The notes beneath the pieces are model-generated. The model had not been told where the DNA came from. It was given only the letters and a program-made list of their open reading frames with translations, and did no database searches. A stretch of 61,599 bases of DNA, the filler included, from Chiloscyllium plagiosum (lineage: Eukaryota), in assembly GCF_004010195.1 (NCBI RefSeq). It is 5 parts of one record of this genome, joined end to end, with 100 filler letters (N's around TTAATTAATTAA, not from the genome) between each part and the next. Parts side by side here need not be neighbours in the genome. Positions count along the whole stretch, not along the records: positions 1 to 11,604 come from NC_057710.1; positions 11,705 to 23,743 come from NC_057710.1; 3 more parts are not named here. One strand, written 5' to 3'. Positions 1-12,748 of this stretch are shown piece after piece (within the stretch, counting starts at the first letter, position 1; every line of letters starts with the position of its first letter). The position numbers were made by a program, and so were the translations under genes.

Positions 1-295
1 GGCATAGGTTTAGGGTGAGAGGGGAAAGATATAAAAGAGACCTAAGGGGCAACCTTTTCACACAGAGGGTGGTACGGGTATGGAATGAGCTGCCAGAGGG
101 AGTGGTGGAGGCTGGTACAATTGCAACATTTAAGAGGCATTTGGATGGGTATATGAATAGGAAGGGTTTGGAGGGATATGGGCCGGGTGCTGGCAGGTGG
201 AACTAAATTGGGTTGGGATTTCTGGTCAGCATGGACGTGTTGGACCGAAGGGTCTGTTTCCATGCTGTACACCTGTATGACTCTATGACTCTATA
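1..295 (+). mobile_element. CR1/HER1-type LINE 3' end
   Basis: ORF2 C-terminus (RGNLFTQRVVRVWNELP...FKRHLDGYM) followed by the 3' UTR and a (TATGACTC)n tail. Confidence 0.9.
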
Positions 296-942
296 AACAG
301 GCAGGTAGAGTTGAGGTCAGAGTCGGATCAGCAAGACCTTATCAAACAGAAAAACAGGCTTCAGAGACAGAATAGCCTACTCTCCTAATTTATCCTGTAT
401 CCTGCCACAGGGATGACAGCAAAGTGATGAAAGTCATGGGCCAGGCCTGTAAATGTCTCCCTTTGTGAGACGTTGAAGGCAATTGCAGTGGCAAAAGACT
501 AGGAACCCCAACGTATTCATTACTTCCATTTGTAATTAATTAGGTCAAAACGAATGATTAGAAGATACCTTATTGGTGTGTATCTAAAAAGGTGACCATC
601 TGTTATCTCCCAATCCAATTAACAGTTTTAGCCAGAATATTGCTGTGTCCCATTCACAACCACACATGGGGCTGTGTTTCATAATTTAATATTGAGTGGC
701 TTGTATACCACCAGTTGTCAGAGTATTATTTTTCACAAACTGATTTTGGGGTCGTGTTAAAAGAAGGCTTCTTCAGCAATCAGCTGCCATAGGAATTATG
801 ACTGGGATTGATTTCCAATGCATTAACATTTATTTGATATGTTTACGATGTTTATTGAGAACACCATTGATAATATTGGTTTCTAAAAGTAGGTGAACAT
901 TTTGCAGATGCTGAATTAACATTAGTAGTGTATAATTATTAA

Positions 943-1745
943 AGACCATGAGACATAGGAGCAGAAATTATGCCATTGAGCCCAGTAAGTCTGCTCCGCC
1001 ATTCAAACATGGCAGATAAGTTTCTCAACCCCATTCTCCCACTTTCTCCCAGTACCCCTTGATCCCCTTGATACTTAAGAATCTATCTATCTCAGTCTTT
1101 GTCTGAAGTATACTCAATGGCCTGGCCTCCACAACCTTCCATGGCAATGTGTTCCATAGATTCACCATTCTCTGGCTGAAGATGTTTATCCTTATCTCCA
1201 TTGTAAAAGGTCTTCCCCTTACTTTAATGCTGTGCCCTCAGGTCCTAGTCTCTCCTACCAGTGGAAACATCTTCCCAACATCTACTCTGTCCAGGCTATT
1301 CAGTATTCTGTGAGTTTCAATTAGATTCCTCCTCATTCTTCTAAACTCCATCCAGTATTAACCCAGAGTTCTCAAATGTTCCTCATGTGTTAAGCTTTTC
1401 ATTCCTGGGACCATTCTCGTGAACATACTCCAGGGTCAGTATATCCTCCAATATATGGAGCTCAAAACTGTGCCCAATACTCCAAATGTGGTCTGACCAG
1501 AACCTTATAGACCCTCAGAAGTATACCCCTGCTTTTATATTTAAGTCCACTCAAAATAAATGCCATCATGGCATTTGCCTTCCTAACTACTAACTCAATC
1601 TGCTTTGAGAGAATCCTGAACCAGAACTCCCAAGTCTCTTTGCACTTCAGACTTCTGAATTTTCTCCCCATTGAGAAAATAGTCCATGTCTCTATTCTTC
1701 TGACCAAAGTGCATGACCTCACACTTTCCCATGTTGGACTTCACT
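943..1745 (-). mobile_element. CR1 LINE 3' fragment (decayed)
   Basis: Minus-strand RT C-terminal peptides KCEVMHFG, QRDLGVLV, LVRPHLEY, plus the 3' UTR. Confidence 0.85.
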
Positions 1746-2017
1746 ACTTGGATACGTTGTGCATTTGAACACGGCAAAAACAACAGATGCAGATGTATTT
1801 TTGTGTCATCACACTTCTGATGTCACACCTGATTATAAGAAAATACCACAGCTCATACCATATGCTAATTTCAAGTGAGTCTGGCAGAATATTGCCTCTG
1901 AGCACAATAATTGCACTTTGTCGTCTGAAAAGTACATACATTTTAGCAAGAAACAGTACATTGTACATTGCTCTCCTGATAAAATAGAACATTTTCTGAT
2001 TTATTGTGAATACTAGC

Positions 2018-2697
2018 ACAGAGTCATCCAGCACTGAAACAGACTCTTAAGCCCAACCCGACTATGCTGACCCAGTTTTCTAAACTGAACTAGTCCCATT
2101 TGTCTACATTTGTCCCATATCCCTCTATACATTTCCTTTCCATTGATCCATCCTGATGCCTTTTAAGTCTTGTAATTGTATTCACTTCTGCCACTTTCTC
2201 TGGCAGCTCGTTCCACCCTCTGTGTGAAAAAGTTATCCCTCAAGTTCCTTTTAAATCTTTGCCCTCTCAGCTTAAACCTATGCCCTCTAGTTTTGGATTC
2301 TCCTACCCCGGGGCAAAGACTTGGCTATTCAACTTATTTACACCCCTCATGACTGTATAAACCTTTATAAGGTTACCCCTCAGCCTACTACCATCCAGGG
2401 AAAAAAGTCCCAGTCTATCCAGCCTCTTCCTATAGCTCAAACATCTAGTCTTGGTAACATTCTTGTAAATCTATCCTTTCCTGTTTTATAACATCATCCT
2501 TATAGCAGGGTGACCAGAATTGTACGCAGTACACCAAATGTGGCTGACCAATGTCTTGTACAGCTGTAACTTCACGTCTAACTCCTGTTCTCAATGCTCC
2601 GACCAATGAAGGCAAGTGTGCCAAATACCTTATTCACCACTCTGTCTATTTGTGACACCATGTTCAAGGAACTATCTACCTGCACCTCTAGGTCTCT
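2018..2697 (-). mobile_element. CR1/HER1-type LINE 3' fragment
   Basis: Reverse complement of the same 3' region seen at 1-295 and 28395-29575. Confidence 0.85.
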
Positions 2698-3654
2698 CAA
2701 GAGAGACCCTCCAGTAATATCAATAGCATAGCATCATTGCCCTGGAGAGCCATGAATCAAAACACTAGATCTCCTTAATGTTAAGTCACTGAAGTGATGT
2801 GACTGACTGGAGCTGTATAGATGGGCTACAATTTTAGATCAGTTTGGTTCATTATTTATTTCCTTAGTTCACATTTCAAAATTTAGACTCTGAGCAATCT
2901 CAACTATTTGACAATGAAACGTTTTGTCAGCAGACAATAGGTTAGTACTACAAATGAAATTTACCAACAAACCTATCCTGCCACCAATCATCTACAGGGT
3001 GATCTTTCTTGAGGGTAAGCTATATCGATGAATTAAATTCCCTCACAACCCAGAGTTCAGGGATCAAATGGTGTTATTCTCCAAACTTATATAGTCTTCT
3101 GCTGTTCTTATAAAAATGCACAGGGTGACTAAACTAGAGCATTTACATGAAAAAAAAATTGATTTACTTATTTTGGTTTGAAATTAGAGGTGCAATAACT
3201 GAAAATGATTTTATCAACATCTGACAATTTTTATTCACAATCTCCTTCTACAAAGCAGGATGCCAATTTAAAATTAAGCGATTTAGAATTATTTACCTGA
3301 TTTTTAACAAACTTTGGTGTAAAATCATATTTACTCACATTATGATCTAAATACTTGAAATAAATATATTTTCTGAGGATTGCAAATGCTTCTTTAAGCA
3401 TAATTTTAGACAAAGACTTGGAAAGCGTTTCTGATATTTTCCATTTACCACTGTAGTCATCTGTGAGATCTCTCAGTGAGATTGTTAATTTACTGCGAAG
3501 GAAGACAGAGATTTGAATTGTACCTTCAGGCCAACTAGGAACTCAGTTCAAACTGCCCTCAGAGTACACGGAATATTTACAATCAGGAGATTGAGGTAAT
3601 TTTCTCCCCCTCCTTCTTAGATATTTTCCAAATCAACATGCTGATAGATGTTAC

Positions 3655-3792
3655 GAAACAAAAGAAAACGAAGAACTACCGATGTTGCAAATCAGAAATA
3701 AAAACAGAAATTGCTGGAGAAACTCAGCAAGTCTGGTAGCATCTGTGGAAAGAAAGCATTGTTAATGTTTCGGATCCAGTGACCTTTCTTGA
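3655..3792 (-). mobile_element. Penelope-like terminal repeat fragment (family C)
   Basis: gaaattgctggagaaactcagcaagtctggtagcatctgtgg...gtttcggatccagtgacc; related copies at about 31385, 40740, 53190 and 54680. Confidence 0.6.
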
Positions 3793-4061
3793 GACCTCTT
3801 CCGAGTGCCTACCTGGATCTTCGCAGCATCCCTATCTTGCCCTGCTCGGCCAATTAGGGCAGTCACAGAAGCACATTGTGTAGATGGACTTTATTGGTCA
3901 GCAGTCCTCACTCTGAGAGGCTCCTATCTTACTGCATGATACCATGTTATTTCAATCTCACACCTGCTTGCATTTGCCAGCAGCTTATGTAGCAAACACA
4001 CAGTACGTTCAGCAAGCAACCAGCCATGTCTCAATGTCTTAGGGGATAATTCTCACCAAAG

Positions 4062-4360
4062 GATGGCACAGTGACTCAATAGTTAGCACTGCTGCCTCAC
4101 AGTGCCAGGATCCTAGGTTCGATTCCATTCTCTATCTGGAATTTGCACATTCTCCCCATGTCTGCATGAGTTTTCTCCCACAGTCCAAAGATGTGCAGGT
4201 TGGGTGCACTGGCCAGGATTGTGTAGGCTTAGTCAGTTAAGCCATTGGAAATGTGAGGTTATGGCAACAGGGTATGGAGAGGGATACTCTTTGAAGGGTT
4301 GGTGCAGATTTAATGGACCAAATGGCCTCTTTCTGCACTATTAGTATTCTATGATTCTAA
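4062..4360 (+). mobile_element. HE1-type V-SINE (diverged)
   Basis: tRNA-like head (ggcacagtgactcaatagttagcactgctgcctcacag, B-box ggttcgattcc), central tccaaagatgtgcaggtt domain and CR1-derived tail. Confidence 0.85.
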
Positions 4361-6605
4361 AGTCCATGTTGGTACTCCATAGCCAGGAGCCCCAGCACAG
4401 TAGCTCAGGGCAGCCTCCTGTACTAGACTGGGGGATTGGCCATAGTGCTCTGGTCAGAACATTCTCAGCCACAGACTCTGTACCTCTGTAGTCCAGGGAG
4501 TGGGTAACAGGCAGTCCTGATGATCTGTAGCAGTTAGTCCATTAGGTTCATCCAGAGAAACTAAGAGAAAGGTAGAATATAGGTAAGGTTAAGAAGGGAA
4601 GTGTTGCCATGCGAAGGAGATTTAGGAACCCATTTTTGCTGGAGGTTGCCGGTGTTGAGGGATGACAATTACAAGGATAGCAATTGTATTTATAAGGAGG
4701 GGACATGACAAAGCCTGGATGGGAAAGTGGTAATGCATGGCCAGGAGCACCCTGACTTTAAGTGTGGAAAGTGGATGAGCAAACCTGGCTCCATGATGTA
4801 GGTGAATTGGCCAGGGTTCTGGGGAGGTGCAAAACCTGTTGCATTCATTGGAAGGGTTATCAAGAAAGGGGTCTGGATGTTCAGGGGTCTGGTGGCTTGA
4901 ATCAACTGCCCAACAGGTACCTGCTTTGTCCTTCCAGTGTGCTGGAAATTGGCATTACACCATGAGAAAAATAAATGGTCGTGACCATAACTGCACAGAA
5001 TAAGTGCCTCTTCCTTTGAGGGAGGAAGCTGCAAGACCTATCAAAAAGGCCCCTTAGGGAGCGATAGCATTACACACAGACCTCCACGTACAGGACACAG
5101 ATCTTTAGGGTAGCTACTGCCTGGGAAGCATTAGCTTCCTGTGTGCAGCACACCTCCCAGTCTCAGACATCTCTGACCACTCCATTCAGCACCAATGCCT
5201 TTGCACATAGAGGCATTGGAAGGAAATAGGGATGTTTGACCGAGAGGAGCTATGGTGTCTGCAGAACCTATTGCCTCATACGTGCCCTGTTCATTCTTCC
5301 AAATGCTGCAGCATGCTTTCCACGTAGATATTGATCCGTGGCACCTGTATGGACATGGACAAATGCATAACTTTGGCACACTTACATTCAGAGACTCGTT
5401 TTCAAACAAGTGGGTGTCATGCAAAACAAATTACATGATTATTTATATGCAGTGCACTTGTCACCTGTGCCCTCAAAAGTCCCCTCAAAAAGGCATTTCT
5501 CTTTCTTTCCCTCCCACCATGTCTGACTATTGTCCGTGGCTTTGCAGCTGGGGTGGAGAGAACCTTGAGGCCAGTAGAGTGTATTGTTCCTGGTGATTGG
5601 ATAACCCTGGGGTTACTTGTGTCTGGACGGCCTTCTGAGGCAGAGGCAAGTGGACCCTCTAGACTTTAAATTCCTATGTTGGGGTGAGGTGGTGGAGAGG
5701 TGCAGGCAGGGTAGAGATGGAAGACCCAGCACCCACCAGGGTGACCTGAGTGGAGCTGATTAGCTACCAAGAAATGCTAGCTTTCCCCTTGAGGTGGTCT
5801 TCTTATGAATTGTCTTGAATAATGCAAGATGAAAGCCTTCATCAATATGTTCAGCAATACACAAGTCCTGTGCTGTTAAACAACTATTGAGTAACAATTG
5901 TCATTCTTCAACTTTTGGCTTAAGTCTGAAACTTTTGTGCTCAAAGTTTAACTATTTTCTAAACCTATCACTAACCTTTAAGAAAAAAAATCAAATGGAC
6001 AGACAGTGGGTTAGATAAAGAATGAGAGGAGGAGACTCACATGAAATATTAACACCATGATAAACCAACTGGGCTGAATATTTTGGTGCTATACATTCTG
6101 CATAAAACAACAATTAGGGATTTGAAAGATGCATGGATGCCAATGTGATTAGATCCATATGTTTGTTTTGCATCACAATTCAGAACAATAATTTCTCTAA
6201 AATTCTTTATCTGCCTAATTGCACATGGCTGTGGTTGCAAAACCCCAGTAAACCGCCTCAGGTGAATTCTGTCCTCAACTTCTCTACATTGCATGTTGCT
6301 TTCAGTTACACATTGAATGCCTCGATTTAGCTAATTGTGATGAAATAATAGCCACTGATCTGGATGAGTGCTGCTCTGGCAACAGTCAAGGAGCTCAATG
6401 GCACCCAGGAAAATGAACCTGATTTGACTGTCACAAGGCCAATTGGGCTATTTCTGCTCCTATGTCCCTTCAATGCTCTCTACAAGCACACAGTAATAGT
6501 GATTGTTTACAAGATGCACAGCAGCAACTCGCCAAGGTTCCTTTGCCAGCACCTTCCAAACTCACTCCCTCCATGATTTTGAGAGACCAAACTCATGGGA
6601 AGAGC

Positions 6606-6786
6606 CAATAGATGTGAAGCTGGAAAAACACAGCAGTCAGACAGCATTCAAGGAGCAGGAAAGTTTTGAACCAAAGCCCCAGCATTGACTTTCCTGCTCC
6701 TTGAATCATGTCTGACCTGCTGTGCTTTTCCAGCTTCACATCTATTGACTCTGACTTCCAGCATCTGCAATCTTTACTGTCTCCAA
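6606..6786. mobile_element. Penelope-like inverted terminal repeat pair (family A, old)
   Basis: gctggaaaaacacagcag...ctgctgtgcttttccagc arms facing each other. Confidence 0.7.
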
Positions 6787-6961
6787 GCTTATAGGAACAC
6801 TGTCACCCGCAAGACCACTCCAAGTCAAGGACCATCCATACTTGGAAATAAATTTGGATGGCAAACAAATGTAGGTTTGCTGAGAGAGACACATAGACCA
6901 TGCCTGAAATTAAAAGAGTACATATCAACACAGAAGTAATTGTTGTCTTAGAGCCACTCAG

Positions 6962-7660
6962 GAGAGGAAGCGTGTTGTGGTAATGTCACAGGGCGAGTAA
7001 CCCAGAGATCCAGGCTAATAGGTTCTGGGGACATGGGCTCGAATCCTATGATGACAGATAGTGACATTTGAATTTAATAAAACATGGAATTGAATGTTGG
7101 TCTCACAGTGATCTTGCAACCAATCTCAATTGTTATAGAAGCTTATCTGCTTCATTAATATAATATCTTTTTGGGAATAAAATCTACCATGGGCTTCAGC
7201 ATTGTTGAAGTGCTCCTAGTGCTGACTCCTGGCTGCTGCTGCAGATGTGCAAAGGTTTGGGTCCCTGGCAGTGTCTGCTTCCAGGACAGATTCAAGGAGG
7301 CAGCAGAGGAGTTGAGTTTGGGCCCAGTACAAGACCTGTCAACGGGGCCCTGTTTGGGCCAGTTCAGTACCTGGCAGCATTGGTGGGGCCTGCACTGGCA
7401 AGATCCAATGAGGACTCATAGTGGTGAGGGCATCAGTGAAGACAAGGTGGCACCAAAGAGTGGCAACGCTACACAACACTTTTCACTGTGTATTTGTCAC
7501 AAGATACACCTGGCAATAAATAAATTGAATAAATCAAATTCTTAGCCTGCATGTGATTGGTTGACTGTTAATTGCTGTGTGAAATGGCTCCAATAGCCAA
7601 TCAGTTAAAGGGCAACAAATACCAGCAGTGCAAATCACATCCACAAGAATTTTAAAAAGC
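6962..7660 (+). mobile_element. Second tRNA-derived shark SINE family, interrupted by the 7185-7542 element
   Basis: ggtaatgtcac...gtaacccagagatccaggctaat...gggctcgaatcc head; homologous to the copies at 42920-43460. Confidence 0.6.
7185..7542 (+). mobile_element. Unclassified non-coding retroposon with a LINE-like tail
   Basis: Homologous to 34290-34750 on the minus strand; ends ttttcactgtgtattt...caataaataaa. Confidence 0.55.
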
Positions 7661-9332
7661 TTGTCAATTATAAAGAGCATGTTATTTTAAAAACATTTTT
7701 TTTAGAAACAGCCTTGCCCAACATTTTAATATATTAATAAGATGACTTACTAAAGAACACTTTAGTTCCTTTTCAGTTCTCTTCTAGCATGCTGATATAA
7801 ACCACCATGTACTGTATATTGTCTTTACCATTAGTGCGTTATATCTGGTACATTGGTATCAATTGTAGCACACAAACTGATACAACACAGAAGGGAACAG
7901 AGAGAGGGAGAAGCATGAGGTGGGGAGAGAAAATCATTCAACCCTCACACCCCACCCCCCCACCAAGCCTGTTCTTCCACCCATTAGGATCATGCCTGAT
8001 TTTTACTTTAGCTGTTTCCATACCTCTTTTCCACCTTAATAGAGTCATAGAGCTGTACAGCATGGAAACACACCCTTGGGTCTGATTCATCCATGCCAAC
8101 CAGGTATCCTAAATTAATCTAGTTCCATTTGTCAGCATTGATGTGCCATGTTATTAGATGTCTCACTTTAATGTGTTCAGTGACAGAACCTCAAAAGACT
8201 CATCTGCTCAGGACCAATATCTTATTCCGAAACCATGACACCATGTTTTACATTCCCTAGCCTGGGGAAACATTTTTCCCACCATCTGTGCTGTCTTTCA
8301 AATTTTAAATGTTTCAGTGTGATAACTCTCATTCTTTTGAACTCTAATCTACTCAAATCTCTCATCATTGGGCAATCATTTCATTAAAGGACTCATCCTA
8401 GTGAACTTTTGCCCTCACTATTAAATAAATACGATCCTTCTTCGCCTTACTCACTAAATTAAATAATTTCATTTCGTCACTTCAGTCCTTTTAATATTTA
8501 TCTTAAATCTGGAATTACAAACCAGTCAGCCTTACATCTGTGGGTAAGCAAGGTACTGGAAAAGATTCTGAGAGATAGGATTTATGACTATTTGGAAATA
8601 CATAGTTTGATTAAAGCATGGCTTTGTGAGGGGCAGGTCATGCCTCAAAAGCCTTTGAGGATGTGATGAGACAAGTTGACAAAGGTCGAGCAGAGGATGT
8701 GGTGTATATGGATTTCAGTAAGGCATTTGATAAGGTTTCCCACAGTAGGCTCATTCAGAAAGTTAGGAGGTATGGAATACAGGGAAATTTGATTAGCCGA
8801 AAGAAGACAGCAAGTGGTAGCGGATGGGAAGTATTCTGCCTGGAGATCAATGATCAGTGGTATTCCGCAGGGATCTGTTCTTGGGCCTCTGCTCTTCGTA
8901 GTTTTTATGAATGACTTGGATGAAGAAGTAGAAGGATGGGTCAGTAAGTTTACCGATGACACAAAGGTTGGTGGTGTTGTAGATAGTGTCGAGGGCTGTT
9001 ACAGGCTACAGTAAGACATTGACAGGATGCAGAGCTGGGCTGAGAAGTGGCAGATGGAGTTCAACCTGAATAAACGCAAAGTGATGCATTTTGGACGTTC
9101 GAATTTGAATGCTGAATACTGGGTTAAAGACAGGATTCTTGGCAGTGTGGTGGATCAGCGGGACCTTGGCATCCATGTACATAGATCCCTCAAAGTTACT
9201 ACCCAATCTGATATGATTGCTAAGAAGGAGTATGATGTTTTGGCTTTCATTAATAGGTGGATTGTGTTTAAGAGCTACGACGTTTTGGTGCAGCTTTATA
9301 AAACCCTGATTAGACCACGCTTGGAATATTGT

Positions 9333-9554
9333 CAGAAAGTGAGGACTGCAGATGCTGGAGAACAGGGTCGAGAGTAAGGTGCTGGAAAAGCACAGCAGGT
9401 CAGGCAGCATCTGTGGAGCAGGAGAATTGACATTTCGGGAATAAGCCCTTCACCAGCCTCATTCCTGATGATGTGCATGTTCCCTGAAACGTCAATTCTT
9501 CCGCTCCTTGGATGCTGCCTGACATGCCGTGCTTTTCTAGCACAACACTCGCGA
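9333..9554. mobile_element. Penelope-like inverted pLTR pair (family A) with 13-bp TSD
   Basis: TSD cttggaatattgt at 9320-9332 and 9555-9567; the two arms are reverse complements. Confidence 0.85.
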
Positions 9555-9932
9555 CTTGGAATATTGTGCCCAGTTCTGGTTGCCCCAATATAGGAAGGAT
9601 GTAGATGCTTTAGAGAGAGTGCAGAGGAGATTTACCAGGATCTGCCTGGATTGGAGGGCTTGTCTTATGAAGAGAGGCTGAGTGAGCTCAGGCTTTTCAC
9701 ACTGGAGAGAAAAAGGAAGAGAGGTGACTTGATAGAGGTAATGAGAGGCATAGATACAGTAGATAGCCAGGGCAGAAATGGCTATAACGAGGGGTCATAA
9801 TTTTAAGGTGATGAGAAGAAGGTATAGGGGAGATGTCAGAGGTAGGTTCTTTACGCAGAGAGTGGTGGGTGTGTGGAATGCACTGCCAGTGGTGGTAGTA
9901 GAGTCAGAGACATTAGGGACTTTTAAGCATCT

Positions 9933-10275
9933 AGGCGAAAGTGAGGACTGCAGATGCTGGAGATGAGAATCAAGATTAGAGTGGTGCTGGAAAAGCACAG
10001 CAGGTCAGGCAGCATCCGGGGAGCGGGAAAATTGACGTTTCAGGGAACACACACATTGGTGAAGGGCTTATTCCCGAAACGTCGATTCTCCTGCTCCTCG
10101 GATGCTGCCTGACCTGCTGTGCTTTTCCAGCACCTTACTCTCGATTCTGATCTCCAGCATCAACAGTCCTCACTTTCTCACAATATTGATGAAGGGCTTT
10201 TGCCCGAAATATCGATTTTCTTGCTCCTTGGATGCTGCCTGACCTGCTGAGCTTTTCCAGCACCACCCTAATCTT
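9933..10275. mobile_element. Penelope-like three-arm pLTR insertion (family A)
   Basis: Imperfect TSD gacttttaagcatct / gacatttaagcaact; one minus arm and two plus arms. Confidence 0.8.
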
Positions 10276-10875
10276 GACATTTAAGCAACTGCTGGGCAAG
10301 CACGTTGATGTCATGCGTGCGTAGGTTAGGTTCATCTTAGATTAAGATAAATGCTCGGCACAACATCATGGGCTGAAGGGCCTGTACTGTGCTGTACAGT
10401 TCTATGTTCTGTGTTTATTATTTGGTTACTATTTATCCTGTGGTATATAATAAAATTAGCCAAATCCTTATTATTTTCTCTTGATCCTAATTTTCCCTTC
10501 ATATTTTCTGACAGATCAATTCATTCAGTTCAGTTTAGTTTAGTTCACGCCTACTCAGCAAGAATTCTATTGAAAGATCATTGACCTCTCCTCAGATAAT
10601 ACCAGATGTACAGATTTTCTGCAGCACTGTTGCCTTTGCTTCAGATCTCCAGCACTCACAGTATTCCTTATCATTGGTATCATTGTTTCATCATTACCGT
10701 GACTGATAACAGCTTCCCATTCCAGATTTCATTTGCTCATCGCAGTTCAGGCGATGAGAATTGAATTCACATTTTCAACTCATTAACCCAGGCCTTCGGA
10801 TGACTATGTATAATCACTATGCTACATTCTCCATATTACTTGGTGCGTTCATTTATTGTCACAACTCACCTAGGT

Positions 10876-11212
10876 ATCATAGAATCCATATGATGTGGAG
10901 CAGGCCATTAGTCCCCTTAAGTCTGCACCAACCCACTGAAGGGCATGCTACCTAGACCTCCCCCCACCAAAACTTATTTTTGTAATCCTGCATTTCTAAT
11001 GGCTATTCGACCTAGCCAACACATCCCTGGATACTATGGACAATTTAACATGGTCAATCCACCTAAGCTACAAAACTTTGGACTGTTGGAGGAAACCCAT
11101 GCAGGCACTGGGTGTATGTTCAAACTCCATAGAGAGAGTCACACAATGATGGAATTGAACCTGGGATGCTGGTATTGTGAGGCAGCAGTGCTGACCACAG
11201 TCACCATGCTGT
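10876..11212 (-). mobile_element. HE1-type V-SINE (diverged)
   Basis: tgtgaggcagcagtgctgaccac is the reverse complement of the HE1 head. Confidence 0.85.
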
Positions 11213-11604
11213 CCTTTGGTGAGAATTGAGACACGGCTAGTTGCAAAAACTGCTGGTATGTGCAAGCAGGTGTGAGATTAGACAATAGACAATAGGTGCA
11301 GGAGTAGGCCATTCGGCCCTTCGAGCCTGCACCACCATTCATTATGATCATGGCTGATCATCCTCAATCAGTATCCTATTCCTGCCTTATCTCCATAACC
11401 CCTGACTCCACTATCCTTGAGAGCTCTATCCAACTCTTTCTGAAACGAATCCAGAGACTGGGTCTCCACTGCCTTCTGGGGCAGAGCATTCCACACACCC
11501 ACCACTCTCTGGGTGAAGAAGTTTCTCCTCATCTCTGTCCTAAATGGCCTACCCCTTATTTTTAAGCTGTGTCCTCTGGTTCGGGACTCACCCATCAGCG
11601 GAAA

Positions 11605-11704
11605 NNNNNNNNNNNNNNNNNNNNNNNNNNNNNNNNNNNNNNNNNNNNTTAATTAATTAANNNNNNNNNNNNNNNNNNNNNNNNNNNNNNNNNNNNNNNN
11701 NNNN
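11605..11704. other. Assembly gap with TTAATTAATTAA linker
   Basis: N-run with the embedded six-frame stop 12-mer; 100 bp total. Confidence 0.97.
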
Positions 11705-12748
11705 GTCAGCCACGGCCACCCCTGCCTCCTCATAGGATCTTTCTTCCTTTTTGGAATGAACTGATCCTGCATCTTCTGCATTATACCCAGAAATATCTGC
11801 CATTGTTCCTCCACTGTCATCCCTGCTAAGGTATTGCACCATTGAACTTTGGCCAGCTCCTCCCTCATAACTCCATAGTTCCTTTTATTCAACTGGAATA
11901 TTGTCACTACCGATTGTATCCTCTCCCTTTCAAATTGCAGATTGAAGCTTATTGTATTATGGTCACTACCTCCTAATGGCTCCTTCACTTCGAGGTCCCT
12001 GATCAATTCTGGTTCATTGCACAATACCAGATCCAGAATTGCCTTCTCCCTGGCAGGCTCCAGCACTAGCTGTTCTCAGAATCCAACTCAGAGGCACTCC
12101 ACAAAATCTCTTTCTTGAGGTCCAATACCATCCTGATTCTCCCAGTCTACCTGCATGTTGAAATCCCCCATAACAACTGTAGTAACATCTTTGCGACAGG
12201 CCAATTTCAGCTCCTTATCAACTTACACCCTACATCCATACTACTGTTTGGGGGCCTGTAGATAACTCCCAAGAGGATCTTTCTACCCTTAGAATTTCTC
12301 AGCTCTATCCATACTGACTCTACATCCCCTGATTCTCGGTCCCCCCGTGCAAGGGACTGAATATCAGCCCTTACCAACATGGCCACCCCACCCCCTCGGG
12401 CCGTCAGTCTGTCCTTCCAATAGCACGCAGAGCCTTGAATATTCATTTCCCAGGCCCTGTCCACTTGAAGCCACGTCTCAGTTATCCCCACAATATCGTA
12501 GCTGCCAATTTCCAAAAGAGCCTCAAGCTCATCCATCTTATTTCTAATACTTTGTGCATTCATATATAGTATTTTTAATTTGTTACTGCCCTCACCTTCC
12601 TATCAACCCTATTTCACTCAACCTTACGACATGATCCCTTTTTGAGTTTTCTGCTTCATTGATACCGTTGTCTTTATTGACTTCCCTTGTTCTAACTTTC
12701 CCTTCAATTTCCTTCTTAAACTTCCAGTTTGTCCCCTCCCCCCGTTAT

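Larger units (their letters stand above)
8520..10411 (+). mobile_element. CR1 LINE ORF2 (RT) 3' half, decayed, with two Penelope insertions
   Basis: [48 protein letters not shown] and a ttctatgttct tail. Confidence 0.95.

Noticed and set aside
11649..11660. Palindromic TTAATTAATTAA recurring four times (also at about 23788, 32170 and 47959)
   Set aside because: Always centred in identical 100-bp N blocks; an artificial six-frame-stop contig linker, not biology
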